64,000 nucleotides of DNA, from IMG/VR virus record IMGVR_UViG_3300042350_004191, positions 124,001-188,000 of that record. One strand, 5' to 3'. Numbering within the stretch: position 1 is the first letter of the stretch; the number at the start of each line of letters is the position of its first letter. Shown piece after piece: positions 28,463-39,000 of this stretch. Both the position numbers and the translations under genes were made by a program. The notes under the pieces were generated by a model. That model searched no databases. It was not told the origin of the DNA and worked only from the letters and a program-made list of their open reading frames with translations.

Positions 28463-29842
28463 ATGGGAAAATCTCTCGATTTCGATTACGAACTTTTTGA
28501 AAAAATTATTGTATACAATTATCTGACTGATGCGAATTATTTTGAAACTGTATATGAATATATAAATTCATCATTTTTTACAAACGAAAATCATAAAACT
28601 GTAGTCAAAATTTTAAAAGAATATTATAGAAACAACCAAAAATTTCCAAACCCAACAGAATTAAAATTAAATTTTACTAGTCCAAGTGATAGACAGGCTC
28701 TAAAAGAGGTTTTGTTGAGCTTTAAAGATATTGATAAAAAATATGATAAAGAATTACTTTTAAAAAACACCGAAAGATTTTTTAAAGAGAAAGCGGTTCA
28801 TAATACAGTCATTAATACATATGTTAATATTCAAGCTGGTGATATAAACTCGTCAGAAATCTTAAAGTCTTTTGAAAAAGCTTGTTCTATTTCTTTAGTA
28901 GAAAATAAAGGATTTGATTATTTGGAAAAAATTGATGAACATTGCGATGAACTGCAAAAAGTTTTCAAATACATACCTTCTGGTTGGAAATGGTTAGATG
29001 AAAGAATAGGTGGCGGGTTTCTTGCTACAGGAAGAGCTATTTATGTGTTTTATGGTGTAACAAACGTAGGTAAATCGATTTTTCTTGGTAATATTGCAAC
29101 AAATATTCTTAGTCAGAATAAAACGGTGGTATTGATTTCAATGGAAATGCCTGAACAAGTGTATGCAAAAAGAATAAGTGCTCAACTTACTCAGATTCCT
29201 ATGGATGATTTATCATCAGAAATTCAATTATTAAAGACTAAATTAAATTCTTACAAATTAAAAAACAAAGAAGCAAAATTAATCATTAAGGAATTTCCCC
29301 CAAAGACCGTTTCGACTCTCCACATAAAAACATATATTGAAAAATTAAAAAATTCTGGAATAAATCCTGATATAATAATCTTAGATTATTTAAACTTAAT
29401 TGCTCCAGCAGACAAAGGACAATCTTCTTATGATTCGGTGAAACAAATCACTGAGGCGGTAAGGGCCATGTCATACCAGTTTGAATGTCCTATAATAACC
29501 GCTACACAAGCTAATAGAAGCGCATACAATGAGGCTAATCCGGGTCTTGAGACTACCAGCGAGTCTATGGGCTTGTCTCATACAGCCGATGCACAATTTT
29601 CTATATGGACGGAAAAAGAAGAAATGGATTTAAATTTAATTCATTTAGGTATAACTAAAAACCGCTTCGGTCCTAGAGATTGTCAAACTGTATTGGAAAT
29701 AGATTATCCCACGTTGTCATTAAAAGATCCAGAATCTGATTCAATTGTCTCGACATTTTCTTCATCAAAATCTAGTAAATCAAATTCAATTAATGATACT
29801 GTATCATTATTAGAATCTTTAGGGGATGATGTTGATAATTAA
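28463..29842 (+). CDS. 41: Replicative DnaB-family helicase gp41
   Basis: GVTNVGKS, ISMEM, IIKEFP, ILDYLNL, ATQANR, SESMGLSHTAD, KNRFG. Confidence 0.92.
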   Translation: MGKSLDFDYELFEKIIVYNYLTDANYFETVYEYINSSFFTNENHKTVVKILKEYYRNNQKFPNPTELKLNFTSPSDRQALKEVLLSFKDIDKKYDKELLLKNTERFFKEKAVHNTVINTYVNIQAGDINSSEILKSFEKACSISLVENKGFDYLEKIDEHCDELQKVFKYIPSGWKWLDERIGGGFLATGRAIYVFYGVTNVGKSIFLGNIATNILSQNKTVVLISMEMPEQVYAKRISAQLTQIPMDDLSSEIQLLKTKLNSYKLKNKEAKLIIKEFPPKTVSTLHIKTYIEKLKNSGINPDIIILDYLNLIAPADKGQSSYDSVKQITEAVRAMSYQFECPIITATQANRSAYNEANPGLETTSESMGLSHTADAQFSIWTEKEEMDLNLIHLGITKNRFGPRDCQTVLEIDYPTLSLKDPESDSIVSTFSSSKSSKSNSINDTVSLLESLGDDVDN

Positions 29843-29864
29843 AAAATTATATATAAGTACTTGA

Positions 29865-30755
29865 ATGACTAATAAATTATATAAAGTTTTTACCCATGGC
29901 GACTTAGATGGTGCCGTGAGTTTATTATGTTTATTATGGTCGAAACCAGAAGCCACAATAGAATACGAAGAGCTTTATAATAATACAATTGAAGAACGAT
30001 TAATAAGTTATAATCAAAAAACAATTAATAAACCAACAACTATAGTAATGGATTTCTCTTTAAGAGAATCATTTTTAAATTTCGACTCAAATGAATATGT
30101 TTTTATTGATCATCATAAAACTTCAGAAAAATTTGTAGAAAAATTTAAAAACGCTAAAATAATTTATAAAAATAACAATTCAAATACAGGGTTAATATAT
30201 AGCACATTTAATAAATCTCTTAGTTCAATATCAAAAGAACAAAAATATCTTATAGCATTAGCCGATGACTTCGACTCTTATACTTTAAGACTCCCCCATT
30301 CTTATGATTTGAATATTTTATTCTGGACAGAGTACAGAGGTCAGTTTTCTAAGTTTGTTAAGGATTATTCAAACGGATTTAAACCATTTACCGAAAAACA
30401 AATAAAATTGATCAATTTTGAAAAGAACAGTGCTTGTGAACAATCTCATAAACTTCAAAAGTATGAAGGATCTGTAACTATTAAAGGAGAAAAATATAAA
30501 ACACTAGCAGTTATAGGAGAAAAATATAATAATTTAGTGATCGATTGCTTAATAAGAGAGAATGATCCAGATTTATTTTTTTACATAAACACAAAATCGG
30601 AAAAAGTTAATCTTAGAAAAAAATCTTCGATAACATCTTTTGATTTAGGAACATTTGCAGAGAAAATATGTGAAGGTGGTGGTAACACCAACTCTGCTGG
30701 TGGAAAACTAACACCGTTATTTATGGAGTTGACAAAAAATTTAAAACCTGTATGA
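29865..30755 (+). CDS. DHH-family phosphoesterase
   Basis: THGDLDG, MDFS, FIDHH, C-terminal GGGNTNSAGG (DHHA1-like). Confidence 0.82.
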   Translation: MTNKLYKVFTHGDLDGAVSLLCLLWSKPEATIEYEELYNNTIEERLISYNQKTINKPTTIVMDFSLRESFLNFDSNEYVFIDHHKTSEKFVEKFKNAKIIYKNNNSNTGLIYSTFNKSLSSISKEQKYLIALADDFDSYTLRLPHSYDLNILFWTEYRGQFSKFVKDYSNGFKPFTEKQIKLINFEKNSACEQSHKLQKYEGSVTIKGEKYKTLAVIGEKYNNLVIDCLIRENDPDLFFYINTKSEKVNLRKKSSITSFDLGTFAEKICEGGGNTNSAGGKLTPLFMELTKNLKPV

Positions 30756-31042
30756 TTATAACATCATATCAACAAATCGAAAAATTGATAAATCCTTCAA
30801 ACTCGTTGGATGTAAATGAATTTGAAGAAATCACTTTAAAATTTGGTTCTTTTATGTGTATATGTTATAACAAAAAATTTAACTTTTTAAATCTTTTAAA
30901 AATAATTTTAGAGGACAAAAAAGTACAAAAATTGTATTGTGATTTGTTGGGAGAATACAATTTACAATATGTTATCAAGACATACATAGATAATATACCA
31001 GGTTTTTATAAGAAAATTTTTCGATCAAAATTCAACAGGTAA
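30752..31042 (+). CDS. Hypothetical protein (at the syntenic position of gp33)
   Basis: 96-aa ORF with ATGA overlap; identity suggested by position only. Confidence 0.55.
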   Translation: MIITSYQQIEKLINPSNSLDVNEFEEITLKFGSFMCICYNKKFNFLNLLKIILEDKKVQKLYCDLLGEYNLQYVIKTYIDNIPGFYKKIFRSKFNR

Positions 31043-31047
31043 TAAAC

Positions 31048-31698
31048 TTGAATATAACCGAAAAACAAAAACAGATATATAATTGCTACCTTAAACATTT
31101 ACGTAAAGGTCAGCCATACAATCCTAGAAAAAATTTTGATGACCTCAATGGTCAAACAAAAATAGATCTGTATAAACTTCAAAACTTTTTTAATAAATTT
31201 AAACAAATTAGAATGGATTTCTTTTTTGAAGCATTTGCATTTGTTTACCCGAATGACGATTATCCTCAATTGTCTTTTTTTTGTACCAGAAAAGCATTAA
31301 AGTGTTATTCCTTGTATAAGGAGCATAAAGAAAACCAATCACCAGATACGATGTTGGACGATATTAAGAAGAGCGTAATTTTTATTGGCTCATTTTGTAT
31401 GAGAAATAACATTCTTATGCAGAAGTATTTGAAACATAAAACATTATGTATTCCTACATGGATTAAACACTATAAAGAAGGAAACATAAACATATATGCA
31501 GTAATAGCATTGGGATATTCTAATGAATTGAATTCTTTACAAGAAGATGAAAGAGAACTATGGGTCCCAAACCTGTTACAAAATATAACATCTTATAAAA
31601 TAAGATATAGTAATTGTAAATCTAAAGTTAAGATTATCAAATGGTTAGAAACTACTGAAAATTTTGTCAAAAAGAATTTGACTTTCGTTGCAGACTGA
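31048..31698 (+). CDS. gp59-like helicase loader
   Basis: 216 aa, immediately upstream of gp32; IYNCYLKH, ALKCYSLY, LDDIKKSVIF, WIKHYKEGNIN resemble gp59 blocks; TTG start. Confidence 0.55.
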   Translation: MNITEKQKQIYNCYLKHLRKGQPYNPRKNFDDLNGQTKIDLYKLQNFFNKFKQIRMDFFFEAFAFVYPNDDYPQLSFFCTRKALKCYSLYKEHKENQSPDTMLDDIKKSVIFIGSFCMRNNILMQKYLKHKTLCIPTWIKHYKEGNINIYAVIALGYSNELNSLQEDERELWVPNLLQNITSYKIRYSNCKSKVKIIKWLETTENFVKKNLTFVAD

Positions 31699-31706
31699 TT
31701 TAATAT
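31678..31706 (+). promoter_or_regulatory. Sigma70-type promoter for gp32
   Basis: TTGACT-17-TAATAT, 11 nt before ATG 31718. Confidence 0.65.
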
Positions 31707-31717
31707 ATAACAAAATT

Positions 31718-32605
31718 ATGAACAAATACTCAAACAACCTATTCGAATCCATCAAAGACGCACTCAATAAGAAAACAACTAACACAGAGAGCAGTTTTAA
31801 GGATTTTATGAAGACAGAAATGAACAAAACATATATTGTTCGTTTACTTCCAAATGTGGAATCTCCAGACAGAACATTTTTCCATTATTTTCATCATATG
31901 TGGAAAAGCGTATTAACAAATAATATGATTTCTTTTCTTTGTCCCACAACCTATGGGGAAAAATGTCCTCTCGAAGAATATAGAGGAAAGGCATATCGCA
32001 GTAAAAATGAAGCAGAGATTGAGAAAACAAGACCAATCAAAAGAAACGAATCTTGGCTTGCCAATGTTTATGTTATTAAAGATCCAACAAATCCTGAAAA
32101 TGAGGGTAAAGTAAAAATCCTCCGTTTCGGTAAGCAACTTAATAAAATTATCACTGATGCTATTTCCGGTGATGAAAGCGAAGAATTTGGTCCAAAAATC
32201 TTTGATTTATCTGAAAATGGTTGTAATTTTAAGATTAAAGTAGATTCAAATGAAGGCGGTTATCCAACATATGTTAGTTCAAAGTTTATGACACCTTCAA
32301 AACTCGAAGAGATCACTAATCCAGATGAAGTATATGCACAAGTTAAACAACTTGATAAAATCTTCACTCAAAAATCTTATGAAGAGATTAAAGAATTGTT
32401 GGATGTTCACTTCCTTGGCTTAGAGAAGGAAGAAAAGCCTTCTATTAATCAGCAGAAACCAGTCCATGAAGAAATTCCTGAAATTAATTCGATGGTTGAA
32501 GTAGAGTCTACTGATAACTCAAATAAATCAGAAGCCAAAGTAGATTCTATAGGAGATATTGATGATGCTGATGCAAAGATTGAAGAAATTCTTAAAGGTT
32601 TGTAA
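31718..32605 (+). CDS. 32: Single-stranded DNA-binding protein gp32
   Basis: VRLLP, CPTTYGEKCP, ANVYVIKDPTNPENEGKVKILRFGK, FDLSENGCNFKIK, YPTYVSSKF, acidic tail. Confidence 0.92.
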   Translation: MNKYSNNLFESIKDALNKKTTNTESSFKDFMKTEMNKTYIVRLLPNVESPDRTFFHYFHHMWKSVLTNNMISFLCPTTYGEKCPLEEYRGKAYRSKNEAEIEKTRPIKRNESWLANVYVIKDPTNPENEGKVKILRFGKQLNKIITDAISGDESEEFGPKIFDLSENGCNFKIKVDSNEGGYPTYVSSKFMTPSKLEEITNPDEVYAQVKQLDKIFTQKSYEEIKELLDVHFLGLEKEEKPSINQQKPVHEEIPEINSMVEVESTDNSNKSEAKVDSIGDIDDADAKIEEILKGL

Positions 32606-32609
32606 GAAT

Positions 32610-33428
32610 ATGCCTGTCAAAAAATCCAAAGAAGACATTCTTTATACTGAAAAGAACGTTTCGAAAAACACACCACATCTTATACAAATAGGATGTGGTG
32701 ATGTTCATATACCAATTTCTGTTTTAAGAAAAGACGGTTCTACTAATTTTTCACAGGCTATTGTTAATGTGATGGTAGATTTGAATCCATCAGTAAATGG
32801 ATCTAATATTTCAAAAATTTTAAAGATCCTTAATAAGGACGATCATTATACATTCGAAACATTAATTGATTCTTTATTAAGAAACATCGATGAATTTAAA
32901 ATTTATGATAAACAAATCAAAATCAATCTTGATTTTATGTATTTCTTAAGAAAGAAAGCATTAGTTTCTAAAAAAGAGTCTTGGGTTGGATTTAAAACTA
33001 CATTCACAGTCCAAAAAATAGAGGAAAACATCAATTATTTTCTTAAAGTATACGTTCCATATGCATCTGTGTGTCCTACATCTAAAGAAATATCTGATTA
33101 TGGAGCACACAATCAAAGATCATTAGCTGAAATTGAAGTTCAATTAACTAACTTGGATGATAAAAAAGAATTTTGGGTCGAGGATATTGTATATTTGATA
33201 GATCATTGTGTATCTTGTCCTGTTTTTAATGTCATTGAACTTGAGGATGAAGCGTTCCAAACAGAGATGATGTATGAAAACCCAATGTTTGTCGAGGAAG
33301 TTGCAACAAAAATAGCAAAAAGCCTAGATAAACACAAAGACAAACACATTAAAAGCTATAATTTTGTCTTAAATCATTATGAAAGCATAAATGATTATAC
33401 GGTAAAGGCTATTTTACAAAACAATTAA
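32610..33428 (+). CDS. folE2: Divergent FolE2 (GTP cyclohydrolase IB)-like T-fold protein
   Basis: YFLRKKALVS, SVCPTSKEISDYGAHNQRS, WVEDIV, YENPMFVEE, HYESI; several conserved residues substituted. Confidence 0.8.
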   Translation: MPVKKSKEDILYTEKNVSKNTPHLIQIGCGDVHIPISVLRKDGSTNFSQAIVNVMVDLNPSVNGSNISKILKILNKDDHYTFETLIDSLLRNIDEFKIYDKQIKINLDFMYFLRKKALVSKKESWVGFKTTFTVQKIEENINYFLKVYVPYASVCPTSKEISDYGAHNQRSLAEIEVQLTNLDDKKEFWVEDIVYLIDHCVSCPVFNVIELEDEAFQTEMMYENPMFVEEVATKIAKSLDKHKDKHIKSYNFVLNHYESINDYTVKAILQNN

Positions 33429-33432
33429 CAAT

Positions 33433-33816
33433 ATGAATACAGAAACAAACGATTTAGCTATGTTAGCAGGTATGGTGAAGGGTAATATGAGAAAAATAGA
33501 CTCTTTAATGGCCGATAGACCTGATCGACCAGCAGACAATATTGATATTAGAAACTTTATCAATGAACCTAGAGTCGAAACATTACCGACAATCACAACA
33601 AATTTACCGCAACAACAGGTTTATGTAGAACAATCTGCTATTCACACACCACAACCACAAATATCACAAATTACACACCATAATGATGACCAAATTAAGC
33701 AAGATATTGAATCTATTAAGTTGACTTTGGAGAAGATTAATGTTAATCTTACAAAACTCACAGGAATGTTTGGAAAAGTGTTTCAGAGTTTAACCAAGGG
33801 CAATAAAAATGGATAA
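33433..33816 (+). CDS. Hypothetical protein with C-terminal coiled coil
   Basis: 127-aa ORF within operon. Confidence 0.65.
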   Translation: MNTETNDLAMLAGMVKGNMRKIDSLMADRPDRPADNIDIRNFINEPRVETLPTITTNLPQQQVYVEQSAIHTPQPQISQITHHNDDQIKQDIESIKLTLEKINVNLTKLTGMFGKVFQSLTKGNKNG

Positions 33817-34555
33817 AATATGTTTTGAAAAGGATTTTTTAGTTAAAATACTTAAAACAATCAATAGATTGTGTGATAGTTGTGTTCTTAAAATAGAGAA
33901 CAATCGAATATATTCAGTTACATCATCAAGTGACAATGTAATTGTACTGTATATTAATGGTGAATTAGTAGAAAATACTAATTTTACTGGTAAAATCAAT
34001 ATCATTGATATTAAAAGATTTTTGTGTGGCTTGGATTGTTTAGATAGTCAAAAAATTGAAATACAATTTAATGATAACTATATTAAATGTGTAACAAAAG
34101 ATAGTAATGATCCAACTCATGTAAAATATCATCTTGTTGATGATAGTGTAATGAGCAAATCTACTTTTAATATTAAGAAAATAACACAACTAACGTTTGA
34201 TACAGAATTTTCTATACCTTTAAGTGTCCAGAAAAAAATTATAACAGCTTACTCTTTCTCTGCTGACTGTCAGAAGGTTTATTTAAAGGAAAGTGAAGGT
34301 AGTATTTACGCAGAAATTAATGATCTAACTCAACACAATAAAGATAGTGTAGAGTTAAAAATTACAGATGAATACAAAGGAGATTTAATAAAGCAACCAA
34401 TTCCTATAAACATTGAAATATTCAAAAATTTGATGTACACAAAAAATAGCAATATACAAGTAAAAATAAATAACGAATATAAAGTATTAATTTTTAATGT
34501 AAAAGAAGATGATACAATAGACGTAAAATATATCATATCAGCACTTGTTAAATAA
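33809..34555 (+). CDS. 45: DNA polymerase sliding clamp gp45-like
   Basis: 248 aa with two-fold alpha/beta clamp pattern (LKTINRL..SCVLK, NIIDIKRFL, KYHLVD, VKYIISALV) in replication module. Confidence 0.65.
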   Translation: MDKICFEKDFLVKILKTINRLCDSCVLKIENNRIYSVTSSSDNVIVLYINGELVENTNFTGKINIIDIKRFLCGLDCLDSQKIEIQFNDNYIKCVTKDSNDPTHVKYHLVDDSVMSKSTFNIKKITQLTFDTEFSIPLSVQKKIITAYSFSADCQKVYLKESEGSIYAEINDLTQHNKDSVELKITDEYKGDLIKQPIPINIEIFKNLMYTKNSNIQVKINNEYKVLIFNVKEDDTIDVKYIISALVK

Positions 34556-34576
34556 AAAAATTTAATAATTAATATT

Positions 34577-34900
34577 ATGGCTAAAACAAAAATTACTACA
34601 GTTAGTTATTTCTTAAAAAGACTGAGAGATAGTGGATATGTTGCTGATAAACTTTATACTAAATACAGTGATGTTGATCCTAGAAGCTGGACTATAATAG
34701 TAGATCCAGAAAATACATCAATTTTTATAACTTGTTTTAACAATAAAAATTTTTTTGGTGAAGAATTTTTTGAAATTTATGATGGTGGACAATACATACC
34801 TGAAAACTTTAGAATAAAGACTTCTTCAATTGAAGTTATTGTAGAATATTTAGTAAAGTTTAACATAAATAATAAGGCACACACTTATAAAGGAAAATAA
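34577..34900 (+). CDS. Hypothetical protein
   Basis: 107-aa ORF. Confidence 0.7.
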   Translation: MAKTKITTVSYFLKRLRDSGYVADKLYTKYSDVDPRSWTIIVDPENTSIFITCFNNKNFFGEEFFEIYDGGQYIPENFRIKTSSIEVIVEYLVKFNINNKAHTYKGK

Positions 34901-34901
34901 G

Positions 34902-35285
34902 ATGTCAACAAACAAAAAATCAAAAAAGAAAGTTGTTTTAGATGCAACTACGGGTATTAATAGTTTGTCTGCCTCAAATCAAGTTCAAATAACTGAAGAT
35001 TTAGAACAAAAATTATTTGATACTTTAAATGCAGCAGAATTAAAAAAAAGCATGGATAAGTGGCTTCGTACCGCTGAAGGAAAAAATGCAACAATTTTTA
35101 GAGATTTATCTATTTTAAAAAGCATTAACGAAGAATATTTAAATAGTTTTATTACTTTAGGTTATACAATGGATGGTGAACGTGTAATTCTTCAAAGTTA
35201 TTCATGTCCAAAAGATAAGGATGCTTTAATGGAATTCTTAAAAGTCATTTTTATTCAAAATCATCAACATTCTTCTGAGGATTAA
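34902..35285 (+). CDS. Hypothetical protein
   Basis: 127-aa ORF. Confidence 0.7.
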   Translation: MSTNKKSKKKVVLDATTGINSLSASNQVQITEDLEQKLFDTLNAAELKKSMDKWLRTAEGKNATIFRDLSILKSINEEYLNSFITLGYTMDGERVILQSYSCPKDKDALMEFLKVIFIQNHQHSSED

Positions 35286-35292
35286 TTCGATT

Positions 35293-36090
35293 ATGGATTT
35301 TATTAGAAACCCAAGCAATCCAGATATATGTGAATTGCCTAAAGTCTTACCTGATTTTTCTAAGTTTCCAGGTATTACCTCAAATTTAAATAACTTAAGC
35401 GCAAGTATAGAACCTTGGCTTTGCGAAATATTAAAGATTGCAGGAGATGAAAGTAAAGACCCTGTATTAAGACCGGGTAATGAACCGGATTACAGTCCGT
35501 TCTTTGATTCATTAACTGGAATGAAGGGAGTTGGAGATCCTAGAGTTGATTTAGGATTTGTCATGACAAAAACTTTGGAAAAATATTTGCCACTATTAGA
35601 TGTTAAATTGAAAGTTCTCCAAGAGGGTTGTCAAATTATAGAAGAAACCTTGTGCGATAGTGACGGAAAACCTGTATATAAATTAAAGAGTGACTGTGAT
35701 TATGGCGAGGAAATAACATTTGATAGCGTTGCACAGTTTACTCAAAATATTTGGGAAGAAGAAACAACTAAAGCAGCCAATTCTTTTGCTGATTTTATTA
35801 AAAGAACATATGTAGACAAAAACTGGAGCGTAGAGCTTTATGCTATGGGTGATGGTAATCTACTAAAAATTGCTAGAGGACAAAGTATACCGATCTTTTA
35901 TGTGAGAGCATCATCAGGTAATCAGATAAAGTTTCACAAATATTATTTTGATGCTAGAGAAAAAGTATCTAAAGCTCTCAATATTAAATTGAATATAAAA
36001 GATTATAATTTGTTTAACAACGTTAACAATTTTCAAGAAAATACACAATTAATGCAAGTTTTAAGTGGCCCTTATTGGCCTGAGAACTAA
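35293..36090 (+). CDS. Hypothetical protein
   Basis: 265-aa ORF, convergent with gp5. Confidence 0.7.
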   Translation: MDFIRNPSNPDICELPKVLPDFSKFPGITSNLNNLSASIEPWLCEILKIAGDESKDPVLRPGNEPDYSPFFDSLTGMKGVGDPRVDLGFVMTKTLEKYLPLLDVKLKVLQEGCQIIEETLCDSDGKPVYKLKSDCDYGEEITFDSVAQFTQNIWEEETTKAANSFADFIKRTYVDKNWSVELYAMGDGNLLKIARGQSIPIFYVRASSGNQIKFHKYYFDAREKVSKALNIKLNIKDYNLFNNVNNFQENTQLMQVLSGPYWPEN

Positions 36091-39000
36091 CATTTTGTAT
36101 CATCGACTATAATATCAATATTACCATCTGGTAAGCGTTTAAATCTGATATTGCTGCTTTGTAAACGTGTATTTGTAAAACCGGGTACTTTATCTCCGAT
36201 TCCGAAGGAATTCATTTTGTTATAATTGAAACGGCGACCACCAGAACCACCACCCCAACCACCAAATCCACCGCAACCAGCCAATGTTTTAGGACCACCA
36301 TCAGGCCCCTGACCATTGCTTCTTGCTTTGGTTGGAATAGGTCCCGGTTCTACCGCAGAATTCCTTACACCCTGAACATCATCATAATAATTCCCCTTTG
36401 GTTGAGTGTAATCATGATGGTGAGGTTTTGGATCTTCTAATTGATTATGATGCCAGTTCCAGATCCAGCCCCAAGAAACACCCGGTCCTGCTGCATTACA
36501 ACAAAAACCCAAATACAATCCAGTAGGCACTGGTTCAATTACTGTATTGATATAAATTGTATTATAAATTTGCATAACAGCTTTAACAATGTTTGTGAGG
36601 TTTAGCATAGCACCCGGCATTGCATAGTGTGTTAAAGCTGTCCTTACAGTATTTAAAATATCATTAGTCTGTGCAGGGCCAGTTGCCCAAGTTGTAAAAG
36701 GTATTCTTTGATCTGGTGAACTTCCTTGGTCTGATTGGGTTCGTTGTCCAACTGTATTTAAAAACGGCACAGACAACTCTCCATCCAATCTCATCCCACC
36801 AACAACACCTACGTTTCCGGTTGCACTAAATCCTTTGCAAACCATAGTGGGTGAATTTATTTCCACACCACCTTTATTAGTCCTATCATTTGCGTCTATG
36901 GTAACTACTCTACCTTTTAAAGTAGTATGATTTTTTGATCCGAAAACCATTTCACCGTCTGAAGCTAAAAGTTCAACAGAACCACAATTTAATTTTAATC
37001 TTCCTTTAGTATTTAATTCTATGCCAGCAGCACCAGCAACTATTTGTACAGAATTTCCGCCACGCAACATAAGATTACCGGGTAAATTGATCGGTGGGGT
37101 ATAAACAACGTTTTTTATTTCAGCAGATTTATGCCTTTGTGCAATGGTTTGTCCATCATTTGATTTTGTTTGTGTACCAACAGAAACTGACTTATTAACA
37201 GTTTCTGCATAACATGGCGCATCGTTCATTCCTCCGGGTAATCCAGCAGAAATCACAACATCTTTTGATGCTGTAACTGTAAAACTTCCACCATTTCCTA
37301 ACTGTTGTTCTGCATCAGCAATTTCTTTTTGTTTACTTGATAACTTTTTAGCCGCTTCTTTATTTGCATTTTCTATGGGTTTTTGTGGTGAAGGTATTTC
37401 GCCTTTATCACAATCAGGATTACCACATTTACCTAAGACATGCCCCGGTACAACCGAAGTAAATGGAACTAATATTAATCCCAATAAAAATTGGAAAACG
37501 TCTATAGCATACGAAAAATAAGGTGGTAATAAATTTCTTAAAAAGTTAAATGCTCTTTTTGCAAAACTTGATGCTCTGTCCACAGCATATGATGTGGAAC
37601 ATAAAGGACACGGAACTTTTTCTCCGCTTTTTGCTGTATTTTTTATCTGTTCTACTTTTTCTTTTTGAACAGTTTCGGTTATAGTTTTTAATTTTTCTAT
37701 AGCAGCTATTTCTTTATCCGTCATTCTACCAGCATTTATAAAAATATCTGACTCAACATCTGTATGAGATGTTGTGCCTATTCTTGCATTATAAGAGCCT
37801 CCTAATGATGTAAAAGCATCTGCTCTAGATTGAATATTTAAAGTATCTTGAGCTACCAATGACGTACCAGCACCATGAACCATTAAACCAGATCCTCTAG
37901 CCAACACTTCAAAAGAACTTGTATCTGTTATTAAATTTCCATCTTTTAATTTTGTATCGGTCATTGACATTTTAACTGGGCCTGATGCAAAAACGTTACC
38001 AACTCTAGCTGAATCTACATCAAGACCAATAACCGAATCAGAACCTGTTTGTATCATTTTTTTCATTGTTTCGGGTTCCAATGAATTTGCAAAATATATA
38101 GGTTTTTGAATGTCACCAGCTAAAAAGAATACAAATACTTTTGCACCAGGAAATGGTATCGATATCATTCCTGATGCTTGATCACCAGCAAGACCAGGAT
38201 CCGTTATCGGAGCATGAAAATTCGGGTTTGGAGAAGTTTGTGATCCTCCTCTAGCAGCAGCATAACCTGTTTTACCCTCTAATACATCACCCTTCCCTGC
38301 TGCTATTAAATCTTCAGCGGCAGATGCACCGGGTGGCACAGTACCATATTTTGCAAGCTGTGCTTTGACATCTTCAGCACTTTTACCTATCGTAGATTCT
38401 CTCCCTAAAACTTCAAAATTTACATTACTTACAGTATTATTAACGTTATACGTACTTCGATCAACATACATGTCTATTGTAGATCCTTGATTTGAATTTC
38501 CGTGTACGTCTGAAACTATATATACATAATTTGTTCTAGTATCTCGAATCACAGTTCCTACTGGTAAAAATTTATTATTTTGTGGAACTGCAATGATGCC
38601 TGGTGTTAGATTTTGTCCTTGAGAAGAATATCCTTTAGAAGTCCAAGAATCTGTTGTTTCATCGCCTACTGTTGTATATTGAAATACTTTGTCAGCAACA
38701 AAACTTCCTTGAACTTCTGGAGATTCTGTTGTTGTTGCGTCTTTTACTTCCAGACTTCCTTCGGTTGCTGTACTATGTGGATTTACTGTTGTTCCAGCAA
38801 CACTTTCGGATGGTTGCGTTATATCACCTCCATAATTCGGATCGAATTTGCCGTGTAAAATCTCAAATCGTCTACCATCGGGTAATTCAAATGTAGCTCT
38901 ATCTCCTACTTCTCCATTTTTAAATGTCATAGAAGAATTGTCTACCCATCTAGCTCCATTACTAAGAGTTAATGCTGCCTGTCTATTACCAAAAGCAAAA

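Noticed and set aside
32610-33428. Complete 7-deazaguanine DNA modification pathway
   Set aside because: Only a divergent folE2 is present; queC/D/E and dpdA are not seen in this window
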